In this document: positions 28,509-37,871 of the stretch, one piece after another
Position numbering within the stretch: the stretch's first letter is position 1
Layout: each line of letters begins with the position of its first letter
Origin: an uncultured archaeon
GTDB taxonomy: Archaea > Aenigmatarchaeota > Aenigmatarchaeia > QMZP01
Assembly (NCBI GenBank): GCA_964498245.1
Contig: CAZCGK010000001.1
Span: forward strand, 36,581 to 100,580
Reading direction: 5' to 3'
Length of the DNA stretch: 64,000 nucleotides
Program-made: the position numbers and the translations under genes
The notes under the pieces: model-generated
The model's input: only the letters and a program-made list of their open reading frames with translations
Database searches by the model: none
What the model was told of the DNA's origin: nothing

Positions 28509-30590
28509 ATGGGAATATTTTCAAGAAAGAAAAAATTATCAAAGGAAAGAAGCGGTATTTACATTCCGCTTGCAAGAAGGCTTCCAAAGATTTCTTCAAG
28601 GGAATATAGAATATTCAAAAGACAGGAAAAAAAGGAATTCAACTGGTATGAAAAGCTCGTAAAGTTAAGCGAAAGGTTTCTTAAAATAAACCCAGACGAG
28701 AGAACAAGAAATGAGCTTGAAAAAGCAATAGTATTTACAGGATTGAGAATCACGCCGGAGGGTGTGATGTCACTCTTTGTGGGAACGATTGTTATCTTTC
28801 TCCTTCTGGGATTGAGTTTTATTGTAACCAACATTCTGATTTTTGGTTTTTCTACCATGAGCATCATGATGGGTCTTATGATTATCTCCTTTGGTCTACT
28901 TCTTGGGTACTATTTTTTCAGATATCCAATAAACCTGGTAAAGGTAATGAGAATGAGAGCATCATCACAGGTCATTCTTGCTGTGCTGTATATGGTTATC
29001 TCTATGAGATTGACACCTAATCTTGAAAAAGCATTGCAGTTTGCTGCTGCAAACATTTCCGGAGAACTTGCATACGATATGAGAAGATTCTTATGGGATA
29101 TAGAAATGGGTAAATACTACTCTGCATCTGAGGCTCTTTCGGATTATATAGCGAAGTGGAAACCGGAAAATGAAGAATTTGCAGAGGCTTTAAGGCTTAT
29201 CAGGGATTCGCAATCACATCCACCGGATAAAGCAAAGGTGGTTCTGGACCAGGCACTTGATGTCATATTAGAAGGTACCAAAACCAGAATGAAGCATTAT
29301 TCTCAGGATCTTCAACTTCCGGTAAATGTGATACATATGCTTGGAATTTTGCTTCCTATATTGGGAACCATTATGGCGCCTCTTGCAGCAGTGTTCATGT
29401 CCGATATCATAACACCATGGCATTTCGTTATCGGTTATGATATTATTCTACCTGTGGTTATACTGTGGTTTATAAACACAACCTTGAGCAAAAGACCTGT
29501 TACGTTCTCTAAAGTAGATATATCACACCATCCTGATCTCCCTCCAGAGGGAACATTTTATGTAGGAAAGAGAAGTTTGGTTCCTGTTTTGCCCGTAGCA
29601 CTTTTTGTACTGATGGTATTTTTGATATATCCATTGTACTTCTTCTTCCAAAACCCGGAGCTTCTTATGTCAGGTGAAGGAGGACACACTGTCTTTTCCA
29701 TGATGATGTCTGGATTAATAATTCTTGGTATTGGTTTTTCTCTTGCAGTGTATTTTGTTCTATCAAACTATCAGAGGTACAGGATATATAATGATATACA
29801 GAAAACGGAAAGTGAATTTGAGCTTGCTTTGTTTCAGCTGGGAAACCGAATATCCGGAGGAACACCCACGGAACTTGCTATAGAAAGGTGTATAGAGGAT
29901 GTTAAGGATTTGGAAATAGCCAATCTTTTCAGGCTAACCCTGAGAAACATACGTTCTTTGGGAATGACTTTTAGAGAAGCCTTATTTAACAGGAGATGGG
30001 GAGCTTTGAGATACTATCCTTCTCATCTTATAAGGAATGTGATGTATGTAGTTGTTGATACAGCAAGGACGGGTGTTAGATATGCAGCAGAAAGCATGTT
30101 GAGAATTTCGAAATATCTGAAAAATGTGAGAGAAACTCAGGAATACATAAGAGAGCTTCTTTCTGAGACCGTTTCTTCCATGAAGTTTCAGGCATATTTT
30201 CTTACACCTCTAATCACAGGTCTCATAGTATCCATGGCTGATGTGATAGTAAAGGTTCTGGCAACTCTAGGTTGCTATCTTGAAAGTATGGTTACGGGAG
30301 AAACAAATGTTTTTGGCGGAATAGTCAATCTTTTCGGAACAGGTTCTCCCATATCTCCAGAGGTTTTTCAGATAATAGTTGGAATATATCTCATAGAAGT
30401 AATAATGATTCTCGGTATATTTATCACGAGAATAAGTGTTGGTGAAAATAAAATAGTGCAGTGGTACACCGTGGGTAAGATGCTTGCCATAGGTGTTACC
30501 ATATACTTTATGGTTGCTATTACATCAAGCAGCATATTTGGAGAATTGATATCCAAGGCGCTTTCGGATATTGGTGCTGGGGTCTGCTAA
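28509..30590 (+). CDS. Polytopic membrane protein with two T2SS-F-like (FlaJ/TadC-like) cytoplasmic domains, putative
   Basis: 693 aa with at least 8 TM helices. Segments such as TPNLEKALQFAAANISGELAYDM and GGTPTELAIERCIEDVKDLEIANLFRLTL resemble GspF/TadC domains. There is no adjacent ATPase. Confidence 0.4.
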   Translation: MGIFSRKKKLSKERSGIYIPLARRLPKISSREYRIFKRQEKKEFNWYEKLVKLSERFLKINPDERTRNELEKAIVFTGLRITPEGVMSLFVGTIVIFLLLGLSFIVTNILIFGFSTMSIMMGLMIISFGLLLGYYFFRYPINLVKVMRMRASSQVILAVLYMVISMRLTPNLEKALQFAAANISGELAYDMRRFLWDIEMGKYYSASEALSDYIAKWKPENEEFAEALRLIRDSQSHPPDKAKVVLDQALDVILEGTKTRMKHYSQDLQLPVNVIHMLGILLPILGTIMAPLAAVFMSDIITPWHFVIGYDIILPVVILWFINTTLSKRPVTFSKVDISHHPDLPPEGTFYVGKRSLVPVLPVALFVLMVFLIYPLYFFFQNPELLMSGEGGHTVFSMMMSGLIILGIGFSLAVYFVLSNYQRYRIYNDIQKTESEFELALFQLGNRISGGTPTELAIERCIEDVKDLEIANLFRLTLRNIRSLGMTFREALFNRRWGALRYYPSHLIRNVMYVVVDTARTGVRYAAESMLRISKYLKNVRETQEYIRELLSETVSSMKFQAYFLTPLITGLIVSMADVIVKVLATLGCYLESMVTGETNVFGGIVNLFGTGSPISPEVFQIIVGIYLIEVIMILGIFITRISVGENKIVQWYTVGKMLAIGVTIYFMVAITSSSIFGELISKALSDIGAGVC

Positions 30591-30823
30591 GAGCTTTTTC
30601 TCCATAGGATTTTTCCTCTTTGCCTTACTTCTATAATTCTGTGAAGAGGTATGTAAATTTCTTTATTCTTGGATTTATAGTAAAAATAACCCTTTTTCAG
30701 TTCTGTTATCCCGCTGCCCTTAATGGTTTTTCTGTTTTCTGGGGCACCTCTGTGCACTATAATTATTTCAGCTTCATGCAATTTACCCTGCCACTTCAGA
30801 CGATTGAGAATCTGAAAGACCAT
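30587..30823 (-). CDS. Small basic conserved hypothetical protein (78 aa; possibly a DUF504/UPF0248-like RNA-binding protein)
   Basis: ORF only; Lys/Arg-rich. Confidence 0.3.
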   Translation of the reverse strand: MVFQILNRLKWQGKLHEAEIIIVHRGAPENRKTIKGSGITELKKGYFYYKSKNKEIYIPLHRIIEVRQRGKILWRKSS

Positions 30824-30865
30824 TATATTTTTTATAATAGGAAAATAAAGATTAAATAGAAGTCT

Positions 30866-31579
30866 ATGATGGGTTCAAAACAGAGTCATAAAGAAGGAAT
30901 TATCAAAAGACTTTTTTTTAAACCACAAAAAGAAAAAAAGAAGGACTCTGCTGTTATAAAAGACATAGTTCTTTCAGGGAATGATAACAGAGCATTGACT
31001 CGGGCTCCAGAAATAGAAATAAAACCTCCGGAAAGAAAGCGTGCACATATAGAAACTGTAAAAAAGAAGGAGGAAAAGCTGGTTATAAAGCCTAAAGAAA
31101 GCGGACTTGAAAGGAGTCTAAAATTTATAGAAAAAGAAGTGGATAAGTTTGCGGAGGAAGTGTTGAAAAATAAGGAGAAAATTCAAGAACTTTTTTCTCT
31201 TCAGAAAAGATTATCCATGCTCGAAAACAGGATTTATGAAATAGAATCAAAAAGATTCGGAGAGATGGATAAGGAATTAAAAAAATTGAAGGAAATGATA
31301 GATGAAACTACAAAAAGGGAAAGAGAAGTTAACGACAAAATGGCAGCAGAGCTTAATTTAATTAAAGAAGATATCAAAGCTCTCAAATCTTTAGAAGAGA
31401 ATATAAAAAATATCGGTTTGAAAGAGATAAGAAGGGAAGTTGAGATTCTTAAGGAAAAGGCAAAATGGATGGAGGAAAATATAGAAAAATTTGATATACA
31501 GCCGCTTTATAAACTAATAAAGGATATAGAAAACAAAGTAGATTTGTTAAAAATCTCAAGCCCAATGATACTGGAATAA
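30866..31579 (+). CDS. Lys/Glu-rich coiled-coil protein (237 aa)
   Basis: Long heptad-like K/E-rich sequence. No catalytic motifs. Confidence 0.4.
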   Translation: MMGSKQSHKEGIIKRLFFKPQKEKKKDSAVIKDIVLSGNDNRALTRAPEIEIKPPERKRAHIETVKKKEEKLVIKPKESGLERSLKFIEKEVDKFAEEVLKNKEKIQELFSLQKRLSMLENRIYEIESKRFGEMDKELKKLKEMIDETTKREREVNDKMAAELNLIKEDIKALKSLEENIKNIGLKEIRREVEILKEKAKWMEENIEKFDIQPLYKLIKDIENKVDLLKISSPMILE

Positions 31580-31613
31580 TGTTTATAAAATAGAAAAACC
31601 ATATAGTTATTTT

Positions 31614-32027
31614 ATGAAAAAAGTTCTTGTTGGGGGAGTGTTCAATCTGATTCACCCTGGTCACATTTTCTTCTTGGGAAGAGCAAGGGAGTATGGAGAT
31701 CACCTTACTGTTGTTGTTGCAAATGATAAGACGGTTCTTGAAAAAAAGGGTTTTCTCGTTTTCTCTTCAGAAGAGAGGCTGGAGCTTGTCCAGAACTTAA
31801 AGCATGTTGACAATGCGATAGTGGGTGATGAAAGAGATATGTTCAGGGTTGTGGAAGAGGAAAAACCTGATGTCATAGTTTTGGGATATGATCAGGAGTT
31901 TGATACCGAGGCTCTTGAGAGATTTCTAAAGGAGAAGAATATTCAGTGCAAGATAGTTAGAATAAACCAGAAGTTCGGGGATTACAGCACGAGAGAAATT
32001 ATAGAAAGAATAAAAAGGATGGATTAA
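31614..32027 (+). CDS. ribL: Archaeal FAD synthetase (FMN adenylyltransferase, cytidylyltransferase family)
   Basis: GGVFNLIHPGHIFFL nucleotidyltransferase motif, 137 aa. Confidence 0.8.
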   Translation: MKKVLVGGVFNLIHPGHIFFLGRAREYGDHLTVVVANDKTVLEKKGFLVFSSEERLELVQNLKHVDNAIVGDERDMFRVVEEEKPDVIVLGYDQEFDTEALERFLKEKNIQCKIVRINQKFGDYSTREIIERIKRMD

Positions 32028-32192
32028 AAAATAAAAAATAAAAAAATCAAAACTCCTCGACCTCCTCATCCTCTGGTTCCTCATCCTCGTCATCGACGTC
32101 CCATATGTCCTCTTCATCAAAGAATCCTTTCATGCCTTCACCCACCACGAGGTTAATTGATTATAAAAACGATATGTATTTAAATGTTTCTG

Positions 32193-33431
32193 TTACAGAA
32201 GTAGAGCTGCTAAACCCAGAAGTGCGAGGAATCCCAAAACATCGGTTGCTGTGGTTATGAATATCGTTGCAGATGATGCAGGGTCCTTTCCCAATCGCTT
32301 CATTATTATAGGCACAATAGCTCCGAACATTCCCGCTATTATGAGGTTTATGATCATTGCTAAGCATACTATAAGTCCAAGTATCGGGTTCTTGTGAAGA
32401 AATGCTGCCACTGCTGCGACTATTGCACCATTTATTATACCGTTTATTGCTCCAGCAAGCATCTCATTTATTACAACTCTCTTTCCTACAATTTCTTTCA
32501 GTGTCAGGCCTCTTACGACCACAGCAAGGGTTTGTGTACCTGCATTACCGCCCATTCCAGCCACTATCGGCATGTAAACCGCAAGGAGAACGAATGCTGA
32601 AATGGTCTCTTGGAAGAGTCCAACGACCGAGGCTGCGAGAAATGCCGTGCCGAGGTTTATTATTAGCCATTTATATCTGTTTTTCACTTTGGTAAGTGCT
32701 GAATCGAAAACATCCTCTTCCTTGCTCACACCGGCAAAATCTCGTAATGTGTTTAGTGATCTTTTTTCTATAATTCTGAGTATGTCATCTGAATATATCA
32801 CACCGAGTATGCTATTATCATCATCAAGAACGACAATCTTGTTATGTGGATGTTTCTTAAAAGTCTCGATAACCTCTTTCTCATCTTTATTGTATTTTAT
32901 GGAAGGTATTTTTTTCACATATTTTCCTATTTTTTCTCTGCCTTTATGAAGTGCAAAGAGATAACCCGGAAGTTCACCAATGAGAAAACCGTTTTCTACA
33001 ACCAAAACCGCAGGGAACTTTCCTGTTCTTTTTTCGTGTTTCTGCACGAGCTTCAGAACCTCGCTGAGGGTCATGTTCTTGCTGACCTCAAGATAATCCA
33101 GACTCATTAAACCAGCAGCAGTATTCGGATCGAATTTCAAAAGGAATTCTACCTTTTCTCTTATATCTTCACTTAGTTTTCTCAGTATTCTTTTTCTTCT
33201 TCTTGAATTAATTCTCTGCAGTATATCGGTTACTTCATCCGGATCGAGGTAGTGCAGGAGTTTTATTATTTCTTGATCCTTGAGTTTGTTCAGAATCTCC
33301 TCTTGTATGCGTTTTGATAGCGTGAGAAGAATAAATCCCTGTTTGTTAACCGGTATCTCTCGGAAAAATGAAATTCTGTTTTTGGACGAGATCAGATTGG
33401 ATATCAAATTGTTTCGATATCGCGTCTTCAT
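32193..33431 (-). CDS. mgtE: Magnesium transporter MgtE
   Basis: MgtE-N region, CBS pair, and a C-terminal 5-TM domain carrying the GMGGNAGTQ motif. 412 aa. Confidence 0.85.
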   Translation of the reverse strand: MKTRYRNNLISNLISSKNRISFFREIPVNKQGFILLTLSKRIQEEILNKLKDQEIIKLLHYLDPDEVTDILQRINSRRRKRILRKLSEDIREKVEFLLKFDPNTAAGLMSLDYLEVSKNMTLSEVLKLVQKHEKRTGKFPAVLVVENGFLIGELPGYLFALHKGREKIGKYVKKIPSIKYNKDEKEVIETFKKHPHNKIVVLDDDNSILGVIYSDDILRIIEKRSLNTLRDFAGVSKEEDVFDSALTKVKNRYKWLIINLGTAFLAASVVGLFQETISAFVLLAVYMPIVAGMGGNAGTQTLAVVVRGLTLKEIVGKRVVINEMLAGAINGIINGAIVAAVAAFLHKNPILGLIVCLAMIINLIIAGMFGAIVPIIMKRLGKDPASSATIFITTATDVLGFLALLGLAALLL

Positions 33432-33509
33432 AATTATCCTTTAGATGAAACAGAATAAAAATCAAAGCTTAAAAGTCTTATTTCTCATTTAGTTAAGAGG
33501 GGGTTTTGT

Positions 33510-34433
33510 ATGAGGCATTTGGTTTTTTCCCTTGTGTTTTTATGCTGTTTCATACTCATTTCGGGAAGTGCGAAAGGAGTTGGTCTTAAATACTACGGAG
33601 TAGAGGATACTATAAACGAGGATTTGTCCGTAACCAATCAGATAGTCTTGAAATTTGATTCTCCGATAGCCCACTTGGATTACATGCTGGATTTCAAAAT
33701 ATATAACTTCAGATATGAGGCAGATTTTGAATTCGCTGATTGCGTGGTCACGGATATTAATGGAAAAAGCAAGATTTCTTGCGATTTCATAGGAATGTCA
33801 CGGGAGAAGAATACATTAAAATTGAAATTCGATACCCGAAATGTTATAAAAAAAGTCGGCAATAATTACAAGTTCACGGTTAATTACGGTATATCGCTTC
33901 CTATAGAGAGAGTTTTCGTCCTCATCAAACTACCCCAAAACGGAATATTATCCGGAAAGAATGTAAGTGAGTCTTATTTTCCAAGCACCGGGAACATTCT
34001 GACAGACGGAAAACGAATAATGGTTTACTGGGAAGAGGAAAATTTAAACTCTGGAGATAATTTGCAGTTTTCAGTTTTATACAGCATACCTGCACTTCCA
34101 GGTCCTATGTATAATTTCATAATAGCGCTTCTTACACTTGTTGTAGTTATTGCAATGATAGTGATTGCAGTATATATGAAGAGGCTTCCTGAAAACAGAG
34201 AAACGGTAAAAGAAATAGTGACATCTGTTCTGAATTCTGAAGAAAAAACAATAGTGGATATTCTTATGAAACATGAAGGCAGGGTGAATCAAAAATGCCT
34301 TGTTAGAGAGTCCGGATTCTCAAAGGCAAAGGTTTCAAGAATTGTGAAAAGTCTGAAATCCAGAGGTATAGTTGATGTGGAACCAATATCTGGAAGGGAA
34401 AATCGCGTGATACTTCGTATAGAAAAGCCTTAA
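33510..34433 (+). CDS. Membrane-anchored transcriptional regulator: signal peptide + extracellular domain + single TM + cytoplasmic winged-helix (TrmB/MarR-like)
   Basis: N-terminal signal MRHLVFSLVFLCCFILISGSA; a TM helix at about residues 195-215; C-terminal EEKTIVDILMKHEGRVNQKCLVRESGFSKAKVSRIVKSLKSRGIV, a winged-helix DNA-binding domain. Confidence 0.55.
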   Translation: MRHLVFSLVFLCCFILISGSAKGVGLKYYGVEDTINEDLSVTNQIVLKFDSPIAHLDYMLDFKIYNFRYEADFEFADCVVTDINGKSKISCDFIGMSREKNTLKLKFDTRNVIKKVGNNYKFTVNYGISLPIERVFVLIKLPQNGILSGKNVSESYFPSTGNILTDGKRIMVYWEEENLNSGDNLQFSVLYSIPALPGPMYNFIIALLTLVVVIAMIVIAVYMKRLPENRETVKEIVTSVLNSEEKTIVDILMKHEGRVNQKCLVRESGFSKAKVSRIVKSLKSRGIVDVEPISGRENRVILRIEKP

Positions 34434-35908
34434 ACCTCAGGAATTTTCATGCATTCGCATAGAGCCTGCTTATGCACGAGGCATATGTATCTATTTTCTG
34501 TAATACCCAATATTATATTCTTGCCCTTGTATGTAAGGTTGAACATAGAGAGTATCTTGCTATTGGTTGCTTGAGTTATAATATTTTGAATCTGGGAGTC
34601 TTCGTATCTTTTCAATTTACCTGAAAGAATGATATCAGAATTTTCCATGAAAACGTCAAGTAGTGGTGGGCATTCAGAGCTTTCATTGGTTTCATTCATA
34701 ACTTCCATCAGCGCAAAATGCTGTTCAAGAATTTTAAGCTGCGAGATAAGCTCTTCTCTGCTTGTTCCTGATGATGCAAGTATTTCGTCTATTTTATTAC
34801 CGGTGTCTGGTATTTTGCTCACACCAATCACACCAAAACATGCAATAAGTATCACTAATATCATTCCTATAAGCATGGGGGGTCTTTTAAGCAGGGGTTT
34901 TCCTTTTATTTTTGTTTTCTTTCTTTCAGCTTCTCTGAGTTTTTTCTTCATTTTTTTCAGAAATGTCTTTATTCCGTTACTGTATACGATGTTTCTTGTA
35001 ATCAGAAAAACAGCGATTGCTGTGATTGAGCTTGTGATTATTCCAGCAATAAGAATGTTAATTTGCATGATTTCCAGAATAGTTTCGACAATTTCAATGT
35101 TGCTCAGAGTCACATACGGAGAGATTCCAATTCCGCACATAAGAGAAAAGAATCCTGTACCAAGCCTTGTAACAATCTTTACACCTCTGGGATAGTACTC
35201 TGGTAGTGCAAGCGTGGATATCCATCCGAAAAAAAGAATGAAAGAAATGTAGACAATAACTTGTACTGCTGGCAGAACAACTGAAAGCAGATCGTTGATA
35301 ACGGATGTTATAAAAATGATACTATGAAATTGTGAGTTTTTGAACCGTGTCTGAGCAGTTGATAAAAGCGAGGAGACTTCTTCAGGTGTGATACCTATTT
35401 CATTGTAAAACCTTTCCTGCATATTCGGGATTCCGGGAAAATTAGTAAAAGAAATGAAAGACAATAAGGCTACGATACACATTCCGGCAATAAAGCTTGG
35501 AGTAATTACTTTTGTCCTTTTTCTTTTGCTCAGTTTTTTTATCGTTTTTCTTATTCCATGGAAATTTGGCAGGTTTTCTGAAAGAATGTACAGTCCAAGA
35601 AATAGAATCAGGGATGAGATAATACCGTATAAAATGATTTCCATCTGAAGGATTTCGAATATCCTGCCAAGGTTAATCCTTGGAAGGATTGAAGAGAGAA
35701 AAAACCCGGAGAATAAAGCCAGCATTCCGAGGGGAAATTTTATCACGAGTTTTACATATTTGGGTGTATAGCTTCTATATCCTGAAACAGCAATTCTGCC
35801 GAGGAAAAGTGCAAAGAATGTAAAAAACAGCAGTTGTATAAAGAATGTGATGGATGGCAGGTTTTGGAGAAAATCTATCATAAAGGAAATAGTTTTTGAG
35901 AGCGGCAT
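34430..35908 (-). CDS. Polytopic integral membrane protein of unknown function (492 aa)
   Basis: At least 10 predicted TM helices, a Lys-rich loop (KKMKKKLREAERKKTKIKGK), and a Cys-containing C-terminus. Confidence 0.5.
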   Translation of the reverse strand: MPLSKTISFMIDFLQNLPSITFFIQLLFFTFFALFLGRIAVSGYRSYTPKYVKLVIKFPLGMLALFSGFFLSSILPRINLGRIFEILQMEIILYGIISSLILFLGLYILSENLPNFHGIRKTIKKLSKRKRTKVITPSFIAGMCIVALLSFISFTNFPGIPNMQERFYNEIGITPEEVSSLLSTAQTRFKNSQFHSIIFITSVINDLLSVVLPAVQVIVYISFILFFGWISTLALPEYYPRGVKIVTRLGTGFFSLMCGIGISPYVTLSNIEIVETILEIMQINILIAGIITSSITAIAVFLITRNIVYSNGIKTFLKKMKKKLREAERKKTKIKGKPLLKRPPMLIGMILVILIACFGVIGVSKIPDTGNKIDEILASSGTSREELISQLKILEQHFALMEVMNETNESSECPPLLDVFMENSDIILSGKLKRYEDSQIQNIITQATNSKILSMFNLTYKGKNIILGITENRYICLVHKQALCECMKIPEV

Positions 35909-35995
35909 ATTATTTCATTAGTTATTTTTCGTATTAAAATGGAATGGAAAACATTTATAAGCCTTTTCTATCACTTATATTTATCCGGTGAGTAG

Positions 35996-36451
35996 ATGGC
36001 AAGAATGCATGCAAGAAAGAAGGGGAAATCCGGTTCGAAAAGACCTTTAGAAAGAATAGCCCCTTGGGTTAGGTACAAGCCCAGAGAGATAGAAGAAATA
36101 GTTGTTAAACTCGCAAAGCAGGGAAAACAGTCAGCTGAGATAGGTCTGATTCTTAGAGATCAGTACGGCATTCCATCTGTTAAGATGTTTACGAAAAAGA
36201 GTATAACACAAATAATGAAGGAGCATGGTGTTTTTAACACACCATATCCCGAAGATATTTTCAATTTGATGAGAAGGGCGGTAAATCTTGCAGCTCACCT
36301 TGAAAAGTACAGAAAGGATTACGCATCCAAAAGAGGGTTGGAGCTTATTGAGTCCAAAATCAGAAGGCTTGCAAAGTATTACAAAAGAAAGGGTGTTTTG
36401 CCCAAAGACTGGAAATATGACCTTGAAAAAGCAAAACTTGTTGCAAAATAA
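35996..36451 (+). CDS. rps15: 30S ribosomal protein S15 (uS15; eukaryotic S13e-type)
   Basis: [14 protein letters not shown]...[10 protein letters not shown]...HLEKYRKD is the typical archaeal S15/S13e sequence. Confidence 0.85.
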   Translation: MARMHARKKGKSGSKRPLERIAPWVRYKPREIEEIVVKLAKQGKQSAEIGLILRDQYGIPSVKMFTKKSITQIMKEHGVFNTPYPEDIFNLMRRAVNLAAHLEKYRKDYASKRGLELIESKIRRLAKYYKRKGVLPKDWKYDLEKAKLVAK

Positions 36452-36454
36452 TTT

Positions 36455-36670
36455 TTATTCTCGGAGTTTTTTGAGGAGTTTATTTGCGGATTTTATAATA
36501 CAGGTTTTGCTTTTTCTTTCATCTGCAAGCCTTTCCAAACCCAAACCTATTACAAGCAAAGGTATTATAAATGCATAAGGTGATGAGTCTTCTAAAAGAA
36601 TGTAAACAGAAATAAAACCTGTGAGCGCAAACCATATCCAGAACAGTTTATCGAGGCTCACCAGATTCAC
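36455..36670 (-). CDS. Small two-TM membrane protein (71 aa)
   Basis: ORF downstream of the ParA cassette; hydrophobic. Confidence 0.3.
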   Translation of the reverse strand: MNLVSLDKLFWIWFALTGFISVYILLEDSSPYAFIIPLLVIGLGLERLADERKSKTCIIKSANKLLKKLRE

Positions 36671-36830
36671 CCCTCAAAACCTTCAGAACAGATTCATCAA
36701 TTTTTCTCTCTCTTTTCAATTCCTCGATTTTTTTCCTAAGTTCGTTTATTTCATTTTCTTGTTTCTTTATTTTTTTGTTAATAATGTCTATTGCTTTTTC
36801 CAGAAATTGCTCTAATTCCATACCTCCCAT
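36648..36830 (-). CDS. Small coiled-coil protein (60 aa)
   Basis: EINELRKKIEELKRERK heptads. Co-oriented with parA. Confidence 0.3.
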   Translation of the reverse strand: MGGMELEQFLEKAIDIINKKIKKQENEINELRKKIEELKRERKIDESVLKVLRGESGEPR

Positions 36831-36854
36831 GATTTAAGATTAATAAAAAGTTTT

Positions 36855-37064
36855 TTATTCATTCAGCTTGAATTTGTGATATAATTTATCAGGATTTCCT
36901 ATTATCGATATCTTTCCCTCTCTTGCGAGCCATCCCAAGCCTATGCCGACCTCCTTCACACTCAGGCCCGTACTTTTTTGAATCTGGGTAAAGGTTTTTT
37001 CACCTTCACTTAAGGCTTTCCATACCTTTCCTGCAAGGGATCCAAAAACACTGACAACGTCCAT
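36855..37064 (-). CDS. Small winged-helix DNA-binding protein (69 aa), a candidate centromere-binding partner of ParA
   Basis: GEKTFTQIQKSTGLSVKEVGIGLGWLAREGKI is a winged-helix motif. It lies immediately downstream of parA on the same strand. Confidence 0.45.
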   Translation of the reverse strand: MDVVSVFGSLAGKVWKALSEGEKTFTQIQKSTGLSVKEVGIGLGWLAREGKISIIGNPDKLYHKFKLNE

Positions 37065-37076
37065 TCTTCACCTCCT

Positions 37077-37835
37077 TTAATATCCATAAGACAGAAACTC
37101 CTTGGCAAGATTTCTATAGGCATATGCACCAATGCTGTTTTTTGCATACTTTATTATGGGTTTGTGATGATTTGGTGCGCATGCAAGATCGATGTTTATG
37201 GGAATTACAGAGGAAAACACCTTGGATCCGAATCTTTCTCTTATCATTTTTTCTATGGTTCCTGAAAGCTTATTCCTTTTATCAAACATAGTAAGCACAT
37301 ATCTAATAATACTAAGTTTGGGGTTTATTTCCCTTTTTATGGCATTAACCGTTTCCATGAGCTTTTCCATCCCTTCCACTGCGAGATAGTGAACTTGAAC
37401 AGGAACTATAACACCATGAGATGCTGTAAGTGCGTTTATGGTCAGAGGATCGAGGGATGGAGGTGTATCTATGATGATGTAATCATATCCCTTCTCGTTT
37501 TTCAGTTTCTTTTTCAATTTAAACTGCATTCCAACATCGTTAAGAAGCTCTGCCCTTACCGCGTTCAATCTTTTGTCTCCGGGAACGATAAACAGATTTT
37601 TCACATCTGTTTTATATATAATCTCCTTGAGCTTTGTGTCTTCCTGAAGAAGAAGATCGCACACAGTTTTTTTCGGTTTGGTTTGAAGAAGGTAGTGAGT
37701 TGCATTGCTTTGAGGGTCTATATCTATCAGCAGGGTTTTTTTACCGAGGTCCGCGAGACACGAAGAAAGATTTACAGCAACATCGGTTTTTCCCACACCA
37801 CCTTTCTGGTTTGCAACAGTAAATATTCTTGCCAT
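37077..37835 (-). CDS. parA: ParA/Soj/MinD-family partition ATPase
   Basis: Deviant Walker A NQKGGVGKTD and DIDPQSNAT, 252 aa. Confidence 0.8.
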   Translation of the reverse strand: MARIFTVANQKGGVGKTDVAVNLSSCLADLGKKTLLIDIDPQSNATHYLLQTKPKKTVCDLLLQEDTKLKEIIYKTDVKNLFIVPGDKRLNAVRAELLNDVGMQFKLKKKLKNEKGYDYIIIDTPPSLDPLTINALTASHGVIVPVQVHYLAVEGMEKLMETVNAIKREINPKLSIIRYVLTMFDKRNKLSGTIEKMIRERFGSKVFSSVIPINIDLACAPNHHKPIIKYAKNSIGAYAYRNLAKEFLSYGY

Positions 37836-37871
37836 ATCATTTAATAATAATTCTGTTTCCTGCTTATAAAA

